A program made the position numbers and the translations under genes. From NCBI GenBank assembly GCA_002269645.1, contig NIVC01001742.1, positions 1-64,000 on the forward strand: a stretch of 64,000 bases of DNA, read 5' to 3'. The first letter of the stretch is position 1. Every line of letters starts with the position of its first letter. Positions 33,401 to 44,800 of the stretch are shown here, piece after piece. This DNA is from Macrostomum lignano (Eukaryota). Under the pieces are notes generated by a model. That model did no database searches, was not told the origin of the DNA, and was given only the letters and a program-made list of their open reading frames with translations.

Positions 33401-36400
33401 GTATAGCATTCGCTTGCAGCTCTGCCAGGCTGTGCCCGCGATGGACTGGGGGGAGTTCAAGGTTCATTTTGTGCGGTTTTACTCTTAAGTAACTCCTAGA
33501 AGCTTGAATTTAGAGACTTCTCCAGGAAGGGATGGGAGCAGTCTGAGGATGGGATCAGGTAGGGATGGGAGCAGTCTGAGGATGGAATCAGGTAGGGATG
33601 AAAGCAGTCTGAGGATGGGATCAGGTAGGGATGGGAGCAGTCTGAGGATGGGATCAGGTAGGGATGGGAGCAGTCTGAGGATGGGATCAGGTAGGGATGA
33701 AAGCAGTCTGAGGATGGGATCAGGTAGGGATGGGATGGGAGCAGTCTGAGGATGGGATCAGGTAGGGATGGGAGCTGTCTGAGGATGGGATCGGTAGGGA
33801 TGAAAGCAGTCTGAGGATGGGATCAGGTAGGGATGGGAGCAGTCTGAGGATGGGATCAGGTAGGGATGAAAGCAGTCTGAGGATGGGATGGGATCAGATT
33901 GAGATGGGATGGGATTAGACTGGGATGGGATGGGATTAGACTGGGATGGGATGGGATAAGATTAGGATGGGATCAGATTGGGATGGGATCAGGTAGGGAT
34001 AAGATTAGGTAGGGATGGGATCAGATTGGGATGGGAGCAGTCTGAGGATGGGATCAGGTAGGGATGGGAGCAGTCTGAGGATGGAATCAGGTAGGGATGA
34101 AAGCAGTCTGAGGATGGGATCAGGTAGGGATGGGAGCAGTCTGAGGATGGGATCAGGTAGGGATGGGAGCAGTCTGAGGATGGGATCAGGTAGGGATGAA
34201 AGCAGTCTGAGGATGGGATCAGGTAGGGATGGGATGGGAGCAGTCTGAGGATGGGATCAGGTAGGGATGGGAGCTGTCTGAGGATGGGATCGGTAGGGAT
34301 GAAAGCAGTCTGAGGATGGGATCAGGTAGGGATGGGAGCAGTCTGAGGATGGGATCAGGTAGGGATGAAAGCAGTCTGAGGATGGGATGGGATCAGATTG
34401 AGATGGGATGGGATTAGACTGGGATGGGATGGGATTAGACTGGGATGGGATGGGATAAGATTAGGATGGGATCAGATTGGGATGGGATCAGGTAGGGATA
34501 AGATTAGGTAGGGATGGGATCAGATTGGGATGGGATCAGATAGGGATGGGATAGGATGGGATCAGGTAGGGATAAGATTAGGTAGGGATGGGATCAGATT
34601 GGGATGGGATCAGATTGGGATGGGATCAGATAGGGATGGGATCAGATAGGGATGGGATCAGATTGGGTTAGGATCAGATTGGGATGGGATCAGATAGGGA
34701 TGGGATCAGATAGGGATGGGATCAGATTGGGTTAGGATCAGATTGGGATGGGATCAGATAGGGATGGGATCAGATTGGGATGGGATCAGGTAGTGACGGG
34801 ATCAGACTGGGATGGGATCAGATAGGGATGGGATCAGATTGGGATGGGATCAGGTAGGGATAAGATTAGGTAAGGATGGGATCAGATTGGGTTAGGATCA
34901 GATAGGGATGGGATCAGATAGGGATGGGATCAGATAGGGATGGGATCAGATAGGGATGGGATCAGATTGGGATGGGATAGGATGGGATCAGGTACAGTAT
35001 CGACAGCACTAGAATCTCTGGGATAACTTATATGATCCTACAATGTACTCGTAAAACAATGGCAGAACCCCCTTACCGACGCAACCGGCCGGCCTTTGTC
35101 GTCAGTAGCAGGCGGCGGGTCCGGGCCCAGCTTCTCCAGGTGCACTACAATGCCCGGCTGGCACTTCTGGCACAGACTCTCCAAGCATTGGTTGAGCATT
35201 CGCTGATTGACCAGCTTGTAGGACCGGCCGCCGGTCACCTCGCACATGATGTCGATGGGCGAGTCGCCAGCCGGCGGTACATACTGCTGCTGGCCGGCAG
35301 CACCGGACTGGGGGTCCGTCAGGGCGGGGAACCTCAGCACCAGGCCGTACAGCCGCTGATCCCAGCGGAACGGTTCCTGCGAATCGGTGAGTTGATCAGT
35401 GTTTTAATTTGTGTTAGATCATCACGCATACAGGTACGAGCTATTAGCACACCAATTATGCACACTAATACTACTAAAAAGCACTAACACACTCAGTAGC
35501 AAACATTAGCACACCCATTGGCACACATTAGCACACCCATTAGCACAGTAATTAGCGCCCCATTTGCACACATTAGCACACCCATTAGAACACTCATTGA
35601 CACACATTAGCACACCCATTGGCACAGTAATTAGCGCCCCATTGGCACACATTAGCACACCCATTGGCACAGTAATTACCGACCCATCGGCACACATTAG
35701 CACACCCATTGGCACAGTAATTAGCGCCCCATTGGCACACATTAGCACACCCATTGGCACAGTAATTAGTGCCCCATTTGCACACATTAGCACACCCATT
35801 GGCACACATTAGCACACCCATTGGCACAGTAATTAGTGCCCCATTTGCACACTAATTAGCACACTCATTGACACACATTAGCACACCCATTAGCACACCT
35901 ATTGGCACACATTAGCACACTCATTGACACCCATTAGCACACCTATTGGCACACATTAGCACACCCATTGGCATCTATTGACAACCATTGGAGCAGTAAT
36001 TAGTATCAACACGCTAAATACTACACTCAATATCAGCATTACCTGAGTGAGCTCGGATCCCATAACGCCGCCAACCATAGGCAGGTTGAGTTCGGCCGTT
36101 ATGCCGGCCTCGCTAGTAAGCTTCCTGCCGTCTGTCAGCGCAATGATAACTGCCGGCTCAATGTAGAACGGAAATCTGCCGCAGCCGTAGTTGTCAATGC
36201 CATGCTGCAAACGGTTCAGATTTAGCAGATCCAGCGTGCGCTTCAACCCGGCGCCCAGGGTAGTGACGCCGTGAGCGCGCAACAGCTTCAGCTGCTGGGT
36301 GAAGGCTGCCTGTCAGAGTGAAGGTTCACAGTCGTTTGTCAGGGGGTCAGTGAGCGATTCTCAATGGGGTCAGTGGGAGAATCTCAATGGGGTCAGTGAG

Positions 36401-37729
36401 CGATTCTCAATGGGGTCAGTGGGAGAAACTCAATGGGGTCAGTGGGAGAATCTCAATGGGGTCAGTGAGCGGTTCTCAATGGGGCCAGTGGGAGAATCTC
36501 AAAGGAGTCAGTGAGCGATTCTCAATGGAGTCAGTGAGCGATTCTCAATGGGGTCAGTGGGAGAATCTCAATGGGGTCAGAGGGAGAATCTCAATGGGGT
36601 CAGAGGGGGAATCTCAATGGGGTCAGTGAGCGATTCTCAATGGGGTCAGTGGGAGAATCTCAATGGGGTCAGTGAGCGGTTCTCAATGGGGTCAGTGGGA
36701 GAATCTCAATGGGGTCAGTGAGCGATTCTCAATGGGGTCAGAGGGGGAATCTCAATGGGGTCAGAGGGAGAATCTCAATGGGGTCAGAGGGGGAATCTCA
36801 ATGGTGTCAGTGGGGGATTCTCAATGGGGTCAGAGGGGGGAACCTCATTTGGGTCAGGGGGGATCTCAATGGGGTCAGAGGGGGAATCTCAATGGGGTCA
36901 GAGGGGGAATCTCAATGGGTTCAGAGGGGGGAACCTCATTTGGGTCAGGGGGGATCTCAATGGGGTCAGAGAGCGAATCTCAATGGGGTCAGTGGGGGAT
37001 TCTCAATGGGGTCAGTGGGGGATTCTCAATGGGGTCAGTGGGGGATTCTCAATGGGGTCAGTGAGCGATTCTCTGAGGATAGAGGGCGATTTCCTGAGGA
37101 TAGGGTGCGATTTCCTGAGGATAGAGGGCGATTTCCTGAGGATAGAGGGCGACTCCCTGAGGATAGAGGGCGTCTCTCTGAGGATAGAGGGCGACTCTCT
37201 GAGGATAGAGGGCGACTCCCTGAGGATAGAGGGCGTCTCTCTGAGGATAGAGGGCGACTCTCTGAGGATAGAGGGCGACTCTCTGAGGATAGAGGGCGAC
37301 TCTCTGAGGATAGAGGGCGACTCTGAGGATAGAGGGCGAGTCTCTGAGGATAGAGTGCGACTCCCTGAGGATAGAGGGCGACTCTCTGAGGATAGAGTGC
37401 GACTCCCTGAGGATAGAGGGCGACTCCCTGAGGATAGAGGGCGACTCCCTGAGGATAGAGGGCGACTCCCTGAGTATAGAGAGCGATTCCCTGAGGATAG
37501 CGGTTCCCCAAAAACGTGCCTGATTCTCAGTCCATCCTGCTTTAATATTAGCCGGCGGGTCATCCAAGGTCACCAGCATGTAGCGATCCCATCTAGACGA
37601 GGCCTCTCTGGCTCTCAATTTCATTAGAGTCTCCACCGCGCCCCGAGCCACATCCAGCAGAGTTGTGCCCAGATAAGTTCGCTGATTCATGGACGCAGAA
37701 TTGTCCATTAGGAATACTATGATAGTCAT
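30438..37729 (-). CDS. INTS6: Integrator complex subunit 6, ~917 aa; exons 37520-37729, 36043-36309, 35077-35376, 32873-33445, 30438-31841
   Basis: vWA N-terminus MTIIVFLMDNSASMNQRTYLGTTLLDVARGAVETLMKLRAR, then DLLNLNRL..GIDNYG.GR, EPFRWDQRL, MCEVTGGRSY, PFDKYELEPSPLTQ, HTFGNPFKL and a C-terminal EAARFRRR, all colinear with INTS6. All introns are phase 0 and intron 1 is GC-AG. Confidence 0.96.
31890..32818. repeat. 31-bp minisatellite filling INTS6 intron 4
   Basis: Unit aattatgggatttgagtgacagctcaagctg. Confidence 0.95.
33525..34993. repeat. GGGAT-based 33-bp and ~15-bp compound minisatellite filling INTS6 intron 3
   Basis: Unit gggatcaggtagggatgggagcagtctgaggat grading into gggatcagatagggat; contains a 499-bp internal duplication. 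Confidence 0.95.
35490..35990. repeat. 45-bp minisatellite filling INTS6 intron 2
   Basis: Unit cacacattagcacacccattggcacagtaattagcgccccattgg. Confidence 0.9.
36340..37500. repeat. Two abutting minisatellites (23 bp then 21 bp) filling INTS6 intron 1
   Basis: ggggtcagtgagcgattctcaat to about 37070, then gagggcgactccctgaggata. Confidence 0.95.
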
Positions 37730-37859
37730 GATGGCGTACGGCTAAGGGCAGTAATGCCAATTAATATACAGTAAGCTGTTATTATGGACAGATAAAATTG
37801 ATTAGTTAACGAGATACGAAAATTCTGTAGATACGTCAGGCCGTTTCAATTAGAGGGCT

Positions 37860-37905
37860 CGCTATTGGCTGTGAGTAGTCACGTGACTGCTTTCAGCCAA
37901 TAGCG
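37860..37905. promoter_or_regulatory. 46-bp palindrome: CCAAT box / GTCACGTGAC E-box / CCAAT box upstream of INTS6
   Basis: CGCTATTGGCTG-tgagt-AGTCACGTGACT-gcttt-CAGCCAATAGCG, 130 bp upstream of the INTS6 ATG. Confidence 0.7.
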
Positions 37906-38069
37906 ACTAATGTGTGTGTGTGTGTGTGTGTGTTTCCAGCAGAAACGGCCGGATGATTTACAAGTTGCACCGATACAAAAAAATCGGTGCAAAAAAATAA
38001 ATATTATTAGATGCCTACATTGAGAGTTAGAAGCGATAAATCGTCTGGTGCTAAAGGGCGATAAAACTT

Positions 38070-38650
38070 GGGGTATCAGAGAGTGCCAAATCAAGTGTCA
38101 GAGGGTGCCAAATCAAGTGTCAGAGGGTGCCAAATCAAGTGTCAGAGGGTATCACGTAAGTCGTAAGGTGTCAGAGGGTCCCAAATTAAGTTTCAGAGGG
38201 TGACAAATAAAGTTTCAGAAGGTGCCAAATTAAGTTTCAGAGGATGTCAAATCAAGTTTCAGAGGGTGCCAAGTAAAGTGTTAAAGGGTGCCAAATCAAG
38301 TGTTAGAGGGTACCAAATCAAGTATCAGAGGGTACCAAATCGGATTTCAGAGGGTACCAAATCGGATTTCAGAGGGTACTCAATCAAGTGTCAGAGGGTA
38401 TTAAATCGGATTTCAGAGGGTACCAACTCGAATTTCAGAGGGTACCAAATCAAGTGTCAGAGGGAACCAAATCAAGTATCAGAGAGTACTAAATCAAGTG
38501 TCAGAGGGAACCAAATCAAGTGTCAGAGGGTACCAAATCAAGTGTCAGAGGGTACCAACCAAATCAGTGTCAGAGGGAACCAAATCAAGTATCAGAGGGT
38601 ACTAAATCAAGTGTCAGAGGGTACCAACTCGGATTTCAGAGGGTACCAGC
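38070..38650. repeat. 22-bp degenerate minisatellite
   Basis: Unit gtcagagggtgccaaatcaagt. Confidence 0.9.
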
Positions 38651-39010
38651 TGGGGTGTCAGGTGTGTCAAACTGGGCGTCCGGAAAGATAAAATCGGGTG
38701 TCAGCATCCCGGTGGTGTCAAACCAAGTGCCCATTGCTAAACATGGTGACCATAAATTTGAACTTTGTAAACCATAATAGTCTTTATTGATTTCTATGCT
38801 TGCTTATTGTATTAAAAAAATAAATGCAAAAATGAACTAACGTTGCACCGAAAATAAAAAATTCACAGATTGATCGTATTTACAAACATTTTAGTAGACT
38901 GCACAAGATACCACTAAACACTATTTTTTCATACATGCAATTATCATAACAATAATAGCAACTTTAAGAACTTGTTCTTAACTTGCTCTAAGTTGCAGCT
39001 CAATCACTAG

Positions 39011-40639
39011 TCAAAATGCAATAGGCCAAAATGCCAGGTCACAGTCGGCCTCTCCAGTTAGCTCTAGAGCCGCTAGTCCAGCCGGCATCATGTTACCAGT
39101 GTCATCCGAATCGACCAACACTGGCAAGGTCAGTCCACCAATGGACGGCGCAGGAATCGTCAACAATGGCGAGATGTTCTCTTTGTTCTCGCAACACCTG
39201 CCCGAATTGACGTACCAAACAGTGGCCAGTCCCCTAGGATCGGTCCTAGCAACAAGATCGCAACGCGAATCTGTCTGTAGCCAGGAGGCCCGATGCCCTA
39301 ATCCAACATCGTCGCGATTGTCGCCATCTATTTGGCAAGGCGACAGAACGGCGAGAGTCTTTGAAGGGTTTCGAATGTCAAATAGCAGACAAGCTCCCGG
39401 ACTGTCTGCAACAATAACTCTGGGATCGAAGTTCAAATCTGATACTAGAAATTTGCAAGCGGTGAAATTATGCCGACACTGTCGACGAATGGAAATGGCA
39501 ACGGTGGAAGCTCGAGCATCGGCTAAGAGTAGATCGTTCAATGAGCAAACAGCCAATAAGCGGCTGTTTGACGCCAGCAATGTGGCGTCTAAATTGACAA
39601 TGGGCGATCTGGCAGTGCACAATGGCGACAAGACAATGCTAGAAGCTGCCGAACGGAGACTATTAACCGAAGGCAGGCAAAACACGGCGTGTCGACCAGC
39701 CAGAGCCGTTTGAAAATCGACTACACCGGGTGAGATACGCAAATCCACAAGTTGATCGCCTTGATCGACTACTGAGAAGCCTCTTCTTCTAAAACTTCTA
39801 CTACTGCTGGGCCAGCGAATGCCAACGTTTGAAGTAAAACTATGAGAACTGATTAAAGACGTGCCATTGTCACTAGCATCATCAGCATCTGCGTTTGGAT
39901 TGACTGTAGCCTTTCTAGCCAATCCAGATAGTTGAATGCTGCCGTTATTACTATTGGCGCAATTAGCAAAGGCGGCAACTGTTAAAGTGTCGCAGTCGGC
40001 AATGCAAGTTGGCGCCTTGACCAAATCAAAGGCTACGGACGTTGGGAAAGCCGCAGGCGCCGGCAGTTCAAAGATTCGACGTTGTGCGTCTTGCGAAAGC
40101 GGCTTGAATTTTAGAGTCTTGTTAATCTTCTGTTGACGATTTCGTCTAATGCGCAGACCAAAACGGCGCGACTCTTCCAATAATCCACCGCTAGACACGC
40201 CAGGAATTCCATCAACAGAGCAGCCAGTGTGCACCCCGATATAGATCGAGTCAAAACGTTTCGATGAACTACTATTAGTAAAGTTACGAAACAAATTCGA
40301 CACAAGCCTTGTTGGACGACGAACGATAGCTGGTGGTCCGTGGCAAGATTGCTGACATCTGGATGGCGGTGGGCAAACTGATAATCGGCATTGAGCAATG
40401 ACGCTAGAAGGTGATTGTTGAGCAGACGTTTTAGTAGGGCCTAAAGATCGACTAAATAGATAACGCGTGAGACAGACCGATTTTAATGATGCTGTGGAAA
40501 CTTGTTTTGGCTCAGTGTCACTCCGATAGGCTCTGTCATAATTAGACGGAGCAGAACCAGGCGTTTCAAGTCGGAAGTAGCGTCGCTTGATGGGATCATA
40601 TCTATATCCAGGCAACTCATCAACTGGCTGCTGTTGCAT
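39011..40639 (-). CDS. DCAF4: DDB1- and CUL4-associated factor 4 (WDR21)-like protein, 542 aa, single coding exon
   Basis: N-terminal ELPGYRYDPIKRRYFRL matches the DCAF4/WDR21 H-box region; divergent WD40-like C-terminal half with a WDxR-like LFDIRNP; uninterrupted non-repetitive ORF. Confidence 0.7.
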   Translation of the reverse strand: MQQQPVDELPGYRYDPIKRRYFRLETPGSAPSNYDRAYRSDTEPKQVSTASLKSVCLTRYLFSRSLGPTKTSAQQSPSSVIAQCRLSVCPPPSRCQQSCHGPPAIVRRPTRLVSNLFRNFTNSSSSKRFDSIYIGVHTGCSVDGIPGVSSGGLLEESRRFGLRIRRNRQQKINKTLKFKPLSQDAQRRIFELPAPAAFPTSVAFDLVKAPTCIADCDTLTVAAFANCANSNNGSIQLSGLARKATVNPNADADDASDNGTSLISSHSFTSNVGIRWPSSSRSFRRRGFSVVDQGDQLVDLRISPGVVDFQTALAGRHAVFCLPSVNSLRSAASSIVLSPLCTARSPIVNLDATLLASNSRLLAVCSLNDLLLADARASTVAISIRRQCRHNFTACKFLVSDLNFDPRVIVADSPGACLLFDIRNPSKTLAVLSPCQIDGDNRDDVGLGHRASWLQTDSRCDLVARTDPRGLATVWYVNSGRCCENKENISPLLTIPAPSIGGLTLPVLVDSDDTGNMMPAGLAALELTGEADCDLAFWPIAF

Positions 40640-40774
40640 TGTATTTGTAACAACTGTTTTGTAGTTTGACTGAATATTTATTCTGCAATTTTTATTGTTG
40701 GCACAGCTTTAGACTTGGCAGTTGAATTTTTTATGGAATTTTATTCAGTTGTACGTACAAGCTGGTTGGAGGAC

Positions 40775-41895
40775 AGGTTTCAGATGGTTGCTCAAATTCT
40801 CAATGAAGGACTGGTTTCAGATGGTTGCTCAAATTCTCAATGAAGGACTGGTTTCAGATGGTTGCTCAATGAAGGACTGGTTTCAGATGGTTGCTCAAAT
40901 TCTCAATGAAGGACTGGTTTCAGATGGTTGCTCAAATTCTCAATGAAGGACTGGTTTCAGATGGTTGCTCAAATTCTCAATGAAGGACTGTTTTCAGATG
41001 GTTGCTCAATGAAGGACTGGTTTCAGATGGTTGCTCAATGAAGGACTGTTTTCAGATGGTTGCTCAATGAAGGACTGTTTCAGATGGTTGCTCAATGAAG
41101 GACTGTTTTCAGATGGTTGCTCAATGAAGGACTGTTTCAGATGGTTGCTCAATGAAGGACTGTTTTCAGATGGTTGCTCAATGAAGGACTGTTTTCAGAT
41201 GGTTGCTCAATGAAGGACTGTTTCAGATGGTTGCTCAATGAAGGACTGTTTTCAGATGGTTGCTCGATGAAGGACTGTTTCAGATGGTTGCTCAATAAAG
41301 GACTGGTTTCAGATGGTTGCTCAATGAAGGACTGGTTTCAGATGGTTGCTCAATGAAGGACTGGTTTCAGATGGTTGCTCAATGAAGGACTGTTTTCAGA
41401 TGGTTGCTCAATGAAGGACTGTTTCAGATGGTTGCTCAATGAAGGACTGTTTTCAGATGGTTGCTCGATGAAGGACTGTTTTCAGATGGTTGCTCAATGA
41501 AGGACTGTTTCAGATGGTTGCTCAATGAAGGACTGTTTTCAGATGGTTGCTCGATGAAGGACTGTTTTCAGATGGTTGCTCAATGAAGGACTGGTTTCAG
41601 ATGGTTGCTCAATGAAGGACTGGTTTCAGATGGTTGCTCAATGAAGGATTATTTTCAGATGGTTGCTCAAATTCTTAATGAAGGACTGGTTTCAGATGGT
41701 TGCTCAATGAAGGACTATTTTCAGATGGTTGCTCAAATTCTTAATGAAGGACTGGTTTTGGATGGCTGCTCAAATTCTCAATGAAGGACTGGTTTTGGAT
41801 GGCTGCTCAAATTCTCAATGAAGGACAGGTTTCAGATGGTTGCTCAAATTCTTAATGAAGGAGTGGTTTCAGATGGTTGCTTAGTAAAGGACTGG
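40775..41895. repeat. 28/29/38-bp minisatellite
   Basis: Unit aatgaaggactggtttcagatggttgctc. Confidence 0.95.
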
Positions 41896-44800
41896 CAGCT
41901 TTAGACGACTAATACGAGAGTAAAATAAGTTGGTTTAGATCATTGAAAGACTGGTTAAAAACAAATACTAGGCCTAAGACAACTAAATTGCTACTTATAC
42001 TTTATGAATACATAAAAAAATCCTAACTAGTATAATTATTATATAATAATTAATATGCTTTTTGCCTTAGCCTTTCCATTAATCTTTGTGCAAGAAATCC
42101 CTAAAGGCTTATTTTGTTTTTATAGAAGTGAATAGGACTTTATAAGAGTTTACATGGCTCATCTTGGCATGCATAAGGAAATCAACTGATATATCGGCAT
42201 AAACAAACATGCCCTATTGGAATCATTTCTGAAAATGCCCAGATATATATCAAGGGTCCAGCACTCTCCAAGTCACTCTCCAAGGTACATAGGCTGCATC
42301 AAGGGGTCAGCAAGTGCTAGCACTTTTTGGCACTCTGCATTGCTCTGGCAGTGGTGGCATACCAACAAAACAGCACTGTTACGCAGAGCATGCCAAATGA
42401 CATTTTGACATTTAGCCCATTTTGTACAAGGTCATTTGTACATGGATTCTAAGCACCAGGCCAAGTGCTACACTGCGCTGCATTGCACCAGGTGCCATCT
42501 CACAGAAAATGCACCCCATTGCAAGATCATTTTTAAAATGTGCTAGACATTCATTTGCCATTTAGCAACTTTTTCCAAAAGGTCAAACATGTTAAAAATC
42601 TTCAACTTGAGAAATAATTAAATTCTAATTCAAAAGCCAAGTTCTATTGCTATTATTCATAGAAAAAATGAATAAAGGTAAATTACAAGTTTAACTATAA
42701 AAATATTCATGGTATTTTATGTAGCTATACTAGGCATAGATCTTGAAAATTTTTGAGGGGAAGGCAAGTTCCAAGCATTAAAACTCAAAATTTTAAAATA
42801 GACCTAGAATAGTTGCTTAACAATTTTTTGGCTGCAGCTAAAGGGGGAAGGCCATGGCCCCTTGCCCTCTCCCCTTGGATATACCTCTAAGCTATATATC
42901 TAGAACTAAGAGTGTTTGTACATTTGCATGCTTATTTATATATTTATATTAACAAATTTGGAGCATGAAAGTTGCCAACAGGAAATTTGCTTATAGAAGA
43001 TTGCTTACTAAATGCCAAATTTTGCTAGTATACCACACTCTAGAAGAAATTATTCACACTTAGCATTTTCCAGTTTATATTAGGTTTATATAAAAAGTTA
43101 GTATGCATTGACATGGCTTTAGGCATAATGATAGGATATATAATAATAGTATTGCATGGCCCATATCAGAGCATGGGGTGTCATTTTATGCCAAATATTC
43201 ATAACTTAGTTGCACTTGTTATAAATTATATATATACAATTGGTCTTATTAATCTTATGATCACAAGCAATATTAGGCACCATTATTAAACATTTTTAAC
43301 TTCCAATAAAGGCAAAAGCATTAGGCCTAGCATTAAAACAAAAAATCTTAACTTTTTAACTATTAATTTCGTTAAGTTAACTGAAAATTAACTAATAATT
43401 GTTAATAAGAATTAATCTTGATGTAACCACCCTTGTCGCCTGTCTGCTCTGCTGGGAGACGAATGCATGACCAGTGGGGGCAATGACCATAGGCTGCCTA
43501 TGACTGGGCAATGACCTGATGGACCTCCAGCACCAGACTGTCCTGCCTACATAATTAATAGCTTTGGTAGCACTTTTGTGACCAGAGGGCCAAGGACCTA
43601 CATGGACCCCACCTGTAGCCAAGGTGCAATAGTTGGTCACTTGGTCATAGCATGACCAAGTGGCTGCCACTACTCTATGTGACCTGGCGCACCTAGATCT
43701 TACTACCAGACCTCTCGAGGCTAGAGCCCTGCCTGGATTGGTTACCAGGGGATATAGGCTAACAGGGGAGACACATATAGCCAAGTACAGGGACTCTGCT
43801 TGGGGCATGATTGGGAACTCTGGGCTCAATCTGGAGGATTTCTCAGTAGGGGATCCTTTGTGGCTGTGAGTGGTGCTGACTTGCAGCTTCAATTACTAAG
43901 AGTAATGTAAGGCAAATATGAACTGTCTATAGTTTAGATTTCTCAGGGCAAAGGGACGCATCAGCATGGGGTTGCAAACTTCCTATTGCCATTCTGTGCC
44001 AAGTCGCTAATCCCCTCTACTGCAGGCACACTCGGACCCGCAGCACACACACACAGGTGGGCTTTGCATGGGGAGAGGTCATTAACTTACTCAAACTTCC
44101 TTATCCTTTGCCACCCAAGGAGAAAGGCTTAGCAAGCCATGAATGAAATGCTGGTGAAAGAGTGAATAATGAGGAGTTTAGTAATGGTTAATAATTAGGC
44201 CCTTAGGCAAAAAATAATCTGGCAATTAGGGAGCTTCACTATTGAATAAATACAGCAAAAGATATGGTATCACAATTGGCTTAGCTCTCAAATTAAGCAA
44301 TGGAAAATAGGCAAACCCTAGATAAGCAAGGCAATCAGAGCACAAGTTAGTAACAGGAACTTACCGGCGGCTGCACAAAGAGAGAGAAAGAGAGAACAAT
44401 GGAGTGACTGTGGGCGACGGTTGGCTGCAGTTGGGCAGACAGTGAAGGGGCAATGCGCTGAAGCAATGAGGCGCTGATGTAGTTCAGGCAATGCTGAAGA
44501 TGATTGGCGGTGACAGACCATGGACTGGCAGTTGAGTTCACTTGGGGAGCTGAAGATAACTTGGCAGTAACAGACTATAGACTGGCAGAGGTTTGTCCTA
44601 TAGAAAAATAGGTCCAATCAAGGTCTGACAGCAAGTTCACAATAGGGACAAGACAAAAGCCGACTTAGGATTCTCATGCCAAAACTGCTTCCTTATATAG
44701 CCTTCTTAGCCGCCACTCCAAGGTTGTTTCCATGACTCCCTCTCTCTGATTGGCTGCCAGCAGAATGATGTCAGAATGAGTCATGATGAGAAGCATGAGA

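Noticed and set aside
43392-44100. ORF fragments in the CpG-depleted block as a second Penelope endonuclease
   Set aside because: Only vague similarity (LEDFSV versus LADFAF), many stops and no complete GIY-YIG motif.
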